DNA from: an uncultured Chloroflexia bacterium
Lineage (GTDB): Bacteria > Chloroflexota > Ktedonobacteria > Ktedonobacterales > JADMIN01
Direction: 5' to 3'
Assembly: GCA_963718915.1 (NCBI GenBank)
Contig: CAVRAI010000003.1
Location: 210,001 to 242,000, forward strand
Length of the DNA stretch: 32,000 nt
The notes under the pieces were generated by a model. That model was given only the letters and a program-made list of their open reading frames with translations. It was not told the DNA's origin and made no database searches. The translations under genes and the position numbers were made by a program. Shown piece after piece: positions 25,289 through 32,000 of this stretch. The number at the start of each line of letters is the position of its first letter. Position 1 is the first letter of the stretch.

Positions 25289-27013
25289 CTACATCGAGCG
25301 TTCGGCGTGTTGCTCGCCGAAGACGTGACGCATCGTGTCGCTGATCTCGCCGAGCGTCGCGTACGCCTCGACCGCCGCTAGGATGCGCGGCATCAGATTC
25401 TCGCTGCCCCGCGCCGCCGCTTCGAGCGCCGCCAGCGCCGATGCCACCGCCGCGTTGTCGCGCTTGTCGCGGAGCGCCGCCAGCTTCGCCGCCTGCCGCT
25501 GGCCCACCGCCGGATCAATCCGTAGCGTGGGGATGGACGACTCCTCCGCCTGCTGGAAGCGATTGACGCCGACAACAATCCGCTTCTGCTCGTCCAGCTC
25601 CATCTGGTAGCGGTAGGCAGCCTCCTCGATCTCGCGCTGGATGTAGCCATGCTCGATGGCGCGGACACTGCCGCCGAGCGCCTCAATCTTCTCGATGTAT
25701 TCTTGCGCCTGCGTTTCCAGCGCATCGGTCAGCGACTCGACATAGTATGACCCCGCCAGTGGGTCTATCGTATCGGCCACGCCCGTCTCATAGGCCAGGA
25801 CTTGCTGCGTGCGCAGCGCCAGCCGCACCGCCTCTTCCGTCGGCAGCGAGAGCGCCTCATCCTTCGAGTTGGTGTGGAGCGACTGCGTGCCGCCGAGCAC
25901 CGCCGCCATCGCCTGATACGCTGTGCGCACGACGTTGTTATCGGGCTGCTGGGCAGTGAGCGTCGAGCCAGCGGTCTGCGTGTGGAAGCGTAGCAGCAGC
26001 GAGCGGGCGTCTTTCGCGCCGAACCGGTCGCGCATGATTCGCGCCCACATGCGCCGCGCCGCGCGGAACTTGGCGACCTCCTCAAAGAAGTTATTGTGAC
26101 CGTTGAAGAAGAACGAGAGCTGCCCCGCGAACCGGTCAACATCCAGACCAGCGTTGACGGCCGCCTGGACGTAGGCAATGCCGTTGGAGAGCGTGAAGCC
26201 GATCTCCTGCGCGGCGGTCGATCCTGCCTCGCGGATGTGGTAGCCGCTGATGCTGATCGTATTCCAGTTCGGCGCCTCGTCGGCGCAGAAGCGGAAGAGG
26301 TCAGTGATGACGCGCATCGAGGGCTGCGGCGGGTAGATGTACGTGCCACGCGCAATGTATTCCTTGAGGATGTCGTTCTGCACCGTGCCGGAGAGCTTGC
26401 GGATATCCGCGCCCTGCTCCCTGGCGACGGCGATATAAAGCGCCAGCAGAATCGAGGCGGTAGCGTTGATCGTCATCGAGGTGGAGACCCGTTCGAGCGG
26501 GATGCCGTCGAAGAGCGCGCGCATGTCTTCGAGGCTGCCAATCGAGACGCCGACTTTGCCTACCTCGCCCTCCGCCAGCGGACTATCGGCGTCGTAACCC
26601 ATCTGCGTCGGCAAATCGAAGGCGACCGAGAGGCCGGTCGTGCCCTGCTCCAGCAGGTATTTATAGCGCTGGTTCGACTCCTCCGCCGAGGAGAACCCGG
26701 CATACTGGCGCATCGTCCAGAAGCGCCCGCGATACATCGTCGGCTGGATGCCGCGCGTGTAGGGATATTCGCCGGGATAGCCCAGCGCCTCCTCGGCGTT
26801 CCAGTCCGCCAGGCGCTCGGCGGTATAGAGCGGCTCGACGACGATATCAGAACTGGTGGTGAACTCGGCGTCACGCTCGCCCTGCTTCGCCACGGCGCGG
26901 GCGTAGGTCGTTGCGCGCCAGTCTTCCGCGTTGGCGCTCGTTGTCGGCTTCGGCTGTCTGTTGCTCGTATCGTTCGTATCGTTCGTATCGTTCGTATCGT
27001 TCGTATCGCTCAT
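25289..27013 (-). CDS. Methylmalonyl-CoA mutase family, large (catalytic, substrate-binding) subunit without a fused B12-binding domain
   Basis: ..[87 protein letters not shown]... 574 aa. The N-terminus is MSD(TND)4TS. Confidence 0.85.
   Translation of the reverse strand: MSDTNDTNDTNDTNDTSNRQPKPTTSANAEDWRATTYARAVAKQGERDAEFTTSSDIVVEPLYTAERLADWNAEEALGYPGEYPYTRGIQPTMYRGRFWTMRQYAGFSSAEESNQRYKYLLEQGTTGLSVAFDLPTQMGYDADSPLAEGEVGKVGVSIGSLEDMRALFDGIPLERVSTSMTINATASILLALYIAVAREQGADIRKLSGTVQNDILKEYIARGTYIYPPQPSMRVITDLFRFCADEAPNWNTISISGYHIREAGSTAAQEIGFTLSNGIAYVQAAVNAGLDVDRFAGQLSFFFNGHNNFFEEVAKFRAARRMWARIMRDRFGAKDARSLLLRFHTQTAGSTLTAQQPDNNVVRTAYQAMAAVLGGTQSLHTNSKDEALSLPTEEAVRLALRTQQVLAYETGVADTIDPLAGSYYVESLTDALETQAQEYIEKIEALGGSVRAIEHGYIQREIEEAAYRYQMELDEQKRIVVGVNRFQQAEESSIPTLRIDPAVGQRQAAKLAALRDKRDNAAVASALAALEAAARGSENLMPRILAAVEAYATLGEISDTMRHVFGEQHAERSM
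26965..27009 (-). repeat. 9-bp tandem repeat x5 at the mutase 5' end
   Basis: TCGTATCGT occurs at 26965, 26974, 26983 and 26992, and TCGTATCGC at 27001. It encodes (DTN)n immediately after ATG-AGC. Confidence 0.95.
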
Positions 27014-27250
27014 CGTCGTCTATCCCCTTCCGGGCGCGGCCCCTCCCCTAAGCCCTCACCCATTGGGAGAGGGGCGCCAGAACCAGACCATCGCCGCGCG
27101 GCGTAGGCTGGGAGGGGTCACATTTCGCTGGCATGTCGTTTCTGTTGGAAAGGGTAACACGCGCGCAACCTTGTCGCAACGCGCGCACCGAGGGCAGCAT
27201 TGGCGACAACGACGACAATGGCGGCCAAGAAATGCTGTCCCTTCGGCCAG

Positions 27251-27279
27251 TTCTCGCCCCTGTGCGCCCATGCTATACT
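27251..27279 (+). promoter_or_regulatory. Candidate sigma-70 promoter of the MFS transporter gene
   Basis: TTCTCG-17 nt-TATACT (-10 at 27274-27279). The context GCGCCCATGC-TATACT-TTGT resembles the lacI and bgl promoters in this window. The -35 is weak. Confidence 0.35.
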
Positions 27280-27343
27280 TTGTGGAGCAAGCATCACCTT
27301 CACGTTTACGTCACGTCATCCTCTCCAGATTCAGGTGTTATCT

Positions 27344-28855
27344 ATGCGAAAGCTCGAATACAAGTGGGTCGCGCTGCTCGTGACTACCATCGGCTCCATG
27401 ATGGTTGCCATCGACTCCACCATTGTCATCCTCGGCCTGCCCGATATGCTCCAGGATCTACACTCTAACCTCGTCCGCATGACCTGGGTTTTGATGGCCT
27501 ATCTGCTCGTCAGCACAGTATTGCTGCTGACCTTCGGGCGCATGGCGGACATGTTTGGCCGGGTGAAGATGTATAACCTCGGCTTCATCATCTTCACCAT
27601 TGGCTCGGTGGCCTGCGGCCTCGCACAGAGCGACACCATGCTCATCGGCTCGCGCATCGTGCAGGGACTCGGCGGCGCGATGCTCTCGGCCAACGCCATG
27701 GCGATCATCACCGAGGTCTTCCCGGCAAGGCAGCGTGGCCAGGCGATGGGCATCAACGCGATCACCTGGGGCGCGGGCAGTGTCCTTGGCCCGGTCCTCG
27801 GCGGGATCATCCTGGCGATAGGGTCATGGCGCTGGATATTCCTGGTCAACCTGCCCATCGGTATCGCGGCGACGCTGCTCGCCTATCTTCTGCTGCACGA
27901 CATCGCGCCCAATCCGAAGGGCGAGCGTTTCGATATTTGGGGGGCAGTATTCTTCAGCGTGGGGCTGGTGGCGCTGCTGCTGGCGATTACCGGAGGTATC
28001 GGCACTGGCTGGTTCACGCCGTCGATCCTCAGCCTCTTCGCGCTGGCGGTGGTGGCGCTGACCCTCTTCTTCGTGCGTGAGCGGCGCTTCGCCTATCCCA
28101 TGCTCGACCTGAGTCTCTTCCAGAACCACACCTATGCCTTCTCGGTAGCCGCCGCGACGCTGCAGTCGCTGGCGATCTTCGCCGTCAACTTCCTGCTGAT
28201 CTTCTACTTGCAAGGTGTCCGCGCCTTCACCCCGCTGACCGCCGCGCTACTCATCCTGCCGATGCCGCTGGTCAGCTCCATCGTCGGCCCGCTGAGCGGC
28301 CGCTGGGCGGATCGCATCGGCGGCAAGATTCCGGCGTCGCTGGGGCTGGCGGCTCAGGCGCTGGCGCTGCTGGTGCTCTTCACGCTCACCCCCACGACAC
28401 CTTACCCGGTGCTGGCGCTCGCGTTGATTATCATGGGTGTGGGCAGCGGCCTCTTCTGGTCGCCCAATACCAGCACGACGATGGGCGCCGCGCCGCGCAA
28501 CCGCCTCGGAGTCGCCTCGGCGACGCTCAACACAATGCGCAACGTAGGCATGGTCTTCAGTTTCGCCCTCGCGCTGGCGGTGGCTGCCGCCTCGATGCCG
28601 CCCGCAGTCATGAACGCGGTCTTCCTGGGGACGGTGGGCCATCTGGCCGCTGAAATCTCCGCCGACTTCACGAATGGTATGGTTCACGCCTTCCTGACCT
28701 CCGTGGTGATCTGCGCGCTGGCTATCGTCTTCTCGCTGGTACGTGAGGGGCAACAACCTGCCACTTCGGCGACTTCGGCGACCTCGACAACCTCGACAAC
28801 CTCGGCGGCGCGTCCCGAGGAAAGCGCCGGTGCGCGGACAGCGGGCGGACAGTAG
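27344..28855 (+). CDS. MFS transporter, DHA2 (EmrB/QacA-like, 14-TMS) family
   Basis: MRKLEYKWVALLVTTIGSMMVAIDSTIVILGLPDM.., ..GRMADMFGRVKMY.., ..RIVQGLGGAML.. and many TM segments. ATG 27344 is the first start after the non-hydrophobic ORF leader. The C-terminal tail is ATSATSATSTTSTTSAA. Confidence 0.85.
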   Translation: MRKLEYKWVALLVTTIGSMMVAIDSTIVILGLPDMLQDLHSNLVRMTWVLMAYLLVSTVLLLTFGRMADMFGRVKMYNLGFIIFTIGSVACGLAQSDTMLIGSRIVQGLGGAMLSANAMAIITEVFPARQRGQAMGINAITWGAGSVLGPVLGGIILAIGSWRWIFLVNLPIGIAATLLAYLLLHDIAPNPKGERFDIWGAVFFSVGLVALLLAITGGIGTGWFTPSILSLFALAVVALTLFFVRERRFAYPMLDLSLFQNHTYAFSVAAATLQSLAIFAVNFLLIFYLQGVRAFTPLTAALLILPMPLVSSIVGPLSGRWADRIGGKIPASLGLAAQALALLVLFTLTPTTPYPVLALALIIMGVGSGLFWSPNTSTTMGAAPRNRLGVASATLNTMRNVGMVFSFALALAVAAASMPPAVMNAVFLGTVGHLAAEISADFTNGMVHAFLTSVVICALAIVFSLVREGQQPATSATSATSTTSTTSAARPEESAGARTAGGQ

Positions 28856-28869
28856 AAAAATCCGGTTCC

Positions 28870-28918
28870 TTGACGTTGGATAGCGCCCCACGTATACTTG
28901 TATTCGCTACCGGAAGCG
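28870..28918 (+). promoter_or_regulatory. Near-consensus sigma-70 promoter plus palindromic operator candidate upstream of the LacI-family gene
   Basis: TTGACG (28870-28875)-17 nt-TATACT (28893-28898). The palindrome CGCTACCGGAAGCG (28905-28918) follows 6 nt downstream of the -10. Confidence 0.55.
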
Positions 28919-29009
28919 GGGACACATGGCATGGATGACACCTGTCCCTGGCCTATGCGTGTGCATGTGAACGCGCCAGAACCAATCGGCCGACGCAACA
29001 CCAGCGTCC

Positions 29010-30188
29010 ATGAGGAGGGTTCAACCTTTGTCTGACAAGCTCACTATTCGTGACATCGCGCACCTTGCTGGTGTCTCGACGGCTACCGTTTCGCGCGTTC
29101 TCAATAACAAGCCTGATGTCGATCCGACGACGCGCGAGCACGTGATGCAGGTCGTCCAGGAGCATGGCTTCGTCCCCAGCGTCACCGCATCCAGCCTGGC
29201 GGGTGGTCGCTCGCCGCTGCTCGGTGTTCTGGTGCCCTCGCTCACCTGGCCACTGATGCCCCAGGTCATGCAGAGCATCGCCGAGGTCATCGAACAGACC
29301 TCCTACGAGCTGGTGCTGTATAGCATCAGCCACCGCACCGACCGCAGCAGCCTGATCGACCGCATCCTGGCCACCCGTCTGATAGACGGCCTGCTTGCCG
29401 TCTACCCCGATGGCATCGCCATCGCTGAATCGACGGAACCCATCACGCGCGAGTCGTCCACCCACCTGCGCGAGATCTACGAACACGGTTTCCCCGTGGT
29501 CATGCTCGACGACCAGAGCCTTCCCGGCCCGATTCCGTGGGTTGGCCCAGATAACCGCATCGGCGCGTATGATGCGGTGCGCCATCTCATCGGCCACGGG
29601 CACCGTCGTATCGCCTACATCCAGGGGCCGCTCCAGTATCAGTGCTCGCACGACCGCTACGCGGGCTATCAGCAGGCGCTGGAAGAGGCGCACATTGCCG
29701 CCGATCCCGCGCTGGTCGTTCAGGGTGACTTCACCACCGCCAGCGGACGCACAGCGACTGAGCAACTCCTGGCGCTCGACGACCGACCGACCGCCGTGTT
29801 TGCCGCCAATGACCAGATGGCCTTTGGCGTCCTCTCGGCCAGCGAGGCGTCTGGGCTACGCCTGCCCGACGACCTCGCCGTTATCGGCTTCGACGACATT
29901 GCGTTCTCCGCGCACACGCGCCCCGCGCTGACCACCGTCCGCCAGCCGTTCGCGGAGATGGGACGCAGCGCCACGGAAATGCTGCTGGCCCAGGTCTCCG
30001 CCCCCCGTCTCTTCGGTGGCGGCCTCTATAACCAGATGGCGCAGCCCGTTGGCGCGCGCGCGGACTTTGCCCTGCGGATGCCGACCCGCGTGCAGTGGCC
30101 CACGGAGCTAGTCGTGCGCGCATCCTGTGGCGGCGAACATGCCAGCGCGCCCACGGTGGAGCAGATCCCCATCGACGCGGCGCTCTAG
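29010..30188 (+). CDS. LacI-family transcriptional regulator
   Basis: HTH ..LTIRDIAHLAGVSTATVSRVLNNKPDVDPTTREHVMQVVQEHGFVPS..A.SLA... A periplasmic-binding-protein-like sugar domain follows (..VVMLD.., ..RRIAYIQGP.., ..AVFAANDQMAFGVL.., ..AVIGFDDI..). An alternative start is in-frame TTG 29028, 9 nt after GAGGAGG (29012-29018). There is a C-terminal extension of about 50 aa. Confidence 0.85.
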   Translation: MRRVQPLSDKLTIRDIAHLAGVSTATVSRVLNNKPDVDPTTREHVMQVVQEHGFVPSVTASSLAGGRSPLLGVLVPSLTWPLMPQVMQSIAEVIEQTSYELVLYSISHRTDRSSLIDRILATRLIDGLLAVYPDGIAIAESTEPITRESSTHLREIYEHGFPVVMLDDQSLPGPIPWVGPDNRIGAYDAVRHLIGHGHRRIAYIQGPLQYQCSHDRYAGYQQALEEAHIAADPALVVQGDFTTASGRTATEQLLALDDRPTAVFAANDQMAFGVLSASEASGLRLPDDLAVIGFDDIAFSAHTRPALTTVRQPFAEMGRSATEMLLAQVSAPRLFGGGLYNQMAQPVGARADFALRMPTRVQWPTELVVRASCGGEHASAPTVEQIPIDAAL

Positions 30189-30277
30189 TCCGTGCCAGCC
30201 GTTCCTTAATAAGTCCACGTCAAGCCTATGACAAGCCCATGCTCCCGACGAGTTTTGGCGCCATTGCCTGTGGACGC

Positions 30278-30341
30278 TTGACAAGATAGGCGCCCATCCG
30301 TATACTGTTGTAAACGATTACGAAAACGATACCGGAATCGT
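30278..30341 (+). promoter_or_regulatory. Consensus sigma-70 promoter plus two LacI-type operator candidates upstream of the GH1 gene
   Basis: TTGACA (30278-30283)-17 nt-TATACT (30301-30306). Quasi-palindrome TGTAAACGATTACG (30309-30322). Palindrome ACGATACCGGAATCGT (30326-30341) shares TACCGGAA with the site at 28905-28918. Confidence 0.6.
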
Positions 30342-30434
30342 ATTCAGCGCGTTGCGGAAAGGCCCGCTGCCCTGGCCAATACGCATTGCGCGCGTGTCAT
30401 GATGCGCCACGTATTCAGAGAAGCGGGTATGTGA

Positions 30435-31820
30435 ATGATCTTTCCCCACGATTTCTTCTGGGGCGCGGCAACCTCTGCCTACCAGATCGAAGGCGCCACC
30501 CGCGAGGATGGCCGCGGCCTCTCCGTCTGGGATCAGTTCGCGGCGACCCCCGGCCGCACCTATCAGGGCGAGACCGGAGAGAGTGCGGTGGAACACTACC
30601 ACCGTATGGAGCAGGACGTTGCCCTGATGGCCGACCTGGGCCTGACCGCCTACCGGTTCTCCATCGCTTGGCCGCGCATCGTGCCCGATGGCGTTGGGGC
30701 TGTCAACCAGCCCGGCATTGACTTCTACGACCGGCTGGTAGACCAGCTCCTCGCGCGCAATATCACGCCCGTGGTGACGCTTCATCACTGGGATCTGCCG
30801 CTGGCGCTCTTCGAGCGGGGTGGCTGGCGCGACCGCGCGACCGCCGACGCCTTCGCCGACTACGCGACGACGATGGCGCGCGCGCTCGGGGATCGCGTGC
30901 GCTGGTGGATTACGCAGAATGAGCCATGGTGTCCCGCCTATCTCGGCTACGCTGAAGGGATTCACGCGCCGGGCGTCAAAGGGGATATGCAGGCTGCTGT
31001 CGATGTCGGCCACCATTTGCTGCTGGCGCATGGGCTGGCGACACAGGCAATGCGCGCGGTGATGCCCGTCGAGGCACGCATAGGCATCGCCCTCAACCTC
31101 TTCCCGATCTTCGCCGGAGACACCCGCGCGGAGACGCTCCGAGCCACCGAACGCGCCTATCGCTTCCATACCCGCTGGTTTCTCGATCCGGTCTTCCGGG
31201 GTGAGTATACGCCCGGCCTCTTCGACGACCTCGGCGTGACGCCGCCGCCCATCCAGGATGGCGACCTCAAGATTATCAGCACGCCGACCGATTTTCTCGG
31301 CGTCAACTACTACAATCGCTGGGTCGTCCGCGCCGGGAGCGATGCGCCCGCGGACGGAAACGGGTCGGGCATCGAGTACGTCACCGATCTGCCCGACGCG
31401 ACCTTCACCGAGATGGGCTGGGAGGTCTACCCCCATGGGCTGGGACTTATCCTCGAAGACCTCACCCGCAACTATCACCCGCGCATGCTGCTCATTAGCG
31501 AGAATGGCGCGGCCTTCGACGATGTCTGGAATGGCAACGGCCACGTGAGCGATCCCCAGCGCGTGCGCTTCCTGAGCGAGCATCTGCGCGCGGTCGGCGA
31601 GGCTATAGCGCATGGAGCGCCTGTCGCGGGCTACTTCGTCTGGTCGCTCTTCGACAACTTCGAGTGGGCGGAGGGCTATAGCAAGCGCTTCGGCCTGGTC
31701 TATGTGGATTTCGCCACGCAGCGACGGATCATCAAAGATAGCGGCAAGTGGTACGCGGGCTTCATCGCCAACCAGCGCGCGCTGCATGCGATGCCGCCGA
31801 AGCCGCCTATGCCTCGTTAG
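30435..31820 (+). CDS. Glycoside hydrolase family 1 beta-glucosidase
   Basis: ..FPHDFFWGAATSAYQIEGA..DGRG.S.WD.. and ..TLHHWDLP... ..ITQNEPW.. is the acid/base NEP motif and ..ISENGAAF.. is the nucleophile ENG motif. ..YFVWSLFDNFEWAEGY is also present. Confidence 0.9.
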   Translation: MIFPHDFFWGAATSAYQIEGATREDGRGLSVWDQFAATPGRTYQGETGESAVEHYHRMEQDVALMADLGLTAYRFSIAWPRIVPDGVGAVNQPGIDFYDRLVDQLLARNITPVVTLHHWDLPLALFERGGWRDRATADAFADYATTMARALGDRVRWWITQNEPWCPAYLGYAEGIHAPGVKGDMQAAVDVGHHLLLAHGLATQAMRAVMPVEARIGIALNLFPIFAGDTRAETLRATERAYRFHTRWFLDPVFRGEYTPGLFDDLGVTPPPIQDGDLKIISTPTDFLGVNYYNRWVVRAGSDAPADGNGSGIEYVTDLPDATFTEMGWEVYPHGLGLILEDLTRNYHPRMLLISENGAAFDDVWNGNGHVSDPQRVRFLSEHLRAVGEAIAHGAPVAGYFVWSLFDNFEWAEGYSKRFGLVYVDFATQRRIIKDSGKWYAGFIANQRALHAMPPKPPMPR

Positions 31821-31852
31821 CCCGCGCGGATTGCGACCAGGAGGTACCGCTC

Positions 31853-31990
31853 ATGCCCGCTATGCCATTTCCCGTGCAGGCGCTGGCGCTCATACTGATG
31901 GGCCTGGGCAGCGGTATCTTCTGGTCGCCCTTATTGAGCGCTAGGTTGGCCGACGTGTCAGCGGCGCATACGAGAACCAGCCGCCGCTAA
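31853..31990 (+). pseudogene. Isolated 45-codon fragment paralogous to an internal TM segment of a DHA2 MFS transporter
   Basis: MPAMPFPVQALALILMGLGSGIFWSP.. matches ..PYPVLALALIIMGVGSGLFWSP.. of the 27344..28855 product (16/22 aa; GGGCAGCGG..TCTTCTGGTCGCCC is conserved at DNA level). AGGAGG lies 8 nt upstream of the ATG. The ORF stops at 31988-31990, and stops occur in the other frames right after the match. Confidence 0.5.
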
Positions 31991-32000
31991 TACTGGCAGA

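Noticed and set aside
27014-27343. A possible cobalamin riboswitch upstream of the B12-dependent mutase gene (minus strand), or a regulatory RNA for the MFS gene.
   Set aside because: I could find no B12-box-like GCCACTG or GGTG.AA.TCC core elements on either strand. Only a GC-rich hairpin and a promoter-like TATACT are present.
30318-31787. Very long antisense ORFs opposite recognised genes: 489 aa opposite the GH1 gene, and likewise 14614..15945 (443 aa) opposite the helicase, 7613..8479 opposite the dioxygenase, 28953..29765 opposite lacI, 26096..27106 opposite the mutase, and 419..1162 and 957..1907 opposite the DUF2071/membrane genes.
   Set aside because: These are typical high-GC shadow ORFs. 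Their translations are Arg/Ala/Gly/Pro-rich with no recognisable motifs. The opposite strand in every case carries unambiguous family signatures.

Overview
This is a high-GC (roughly 65%) bacterial chromosomal segment that is densely coding, with about 27 protein genes. I could not recognise any rRNA, tRNA, CRISPR array, transposase or integrase by eye. All family assignments come from motif recognition in the supplied translations; no database search was possible.

Gene content, left to right:
- a decayed Dam-type methyltransferase relic at the left edge
- a minus-strand cluster of a frameshifted class I/II aminotransferase, a polytopic membrane protein and a DUF2071 protein
- an orphan biotin carboxylase (accC-like) followed by a PaaI hotdog thioesterase
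- a DsbA/FrnE-like oxidoreductase
- a Qnr/MfpA-like pentapeptide-repeat protein
- an intradiol ring-cleavage dioxygenase
- a SIMPL/DUF541 protein
- a retropepsin-like lipoprotein followed by a membrane-anchored protein with SH3b and degenerate beta-lactamase-fold domains
- a PPOX-family protein
- a DAGK-like lipid kinase
- a HelY/Ski2-like helicase
- two paralogous ECF sigma/anti-sigma modules with unrelated sensor domains
- a GH3 NagZ-like hydrolase
- a COG4315 lipoprotein
- a thioredoxin-like [2Fe-2S] ferredoxin
- a small membrane protein with a QQPYG-repeat tail
- a methylmalonyl-CoA mutase large subunit
- a DHA2-type MFS transporter
- a LacI regulator and a GH1 beta-glucosidase
- an MFS gene fragment at the right edge

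The most distinctive non-genic signals are these:
- A structured intergenic repeat family with core GGCCGTAGCGT-NN-ACGCTACGGCGAAT occurs at four loci, all in one orientation.
- The lacI and bgl promoters are near-duplicates and share a TACCGGAA-centred palindrome.
- In-frame 9-bp tandem repeats sit at the termini of four CDSs.

Nothing here matches a defined defence, mobile or biosynthetic system. The best candidates for undescribed biology are the repeat family, the protease/pseudo-beta-lactamase pair, and the duplicated sigma/anti-sigma modules with swapped sensor domains. All three are offered with moderate confidence only.
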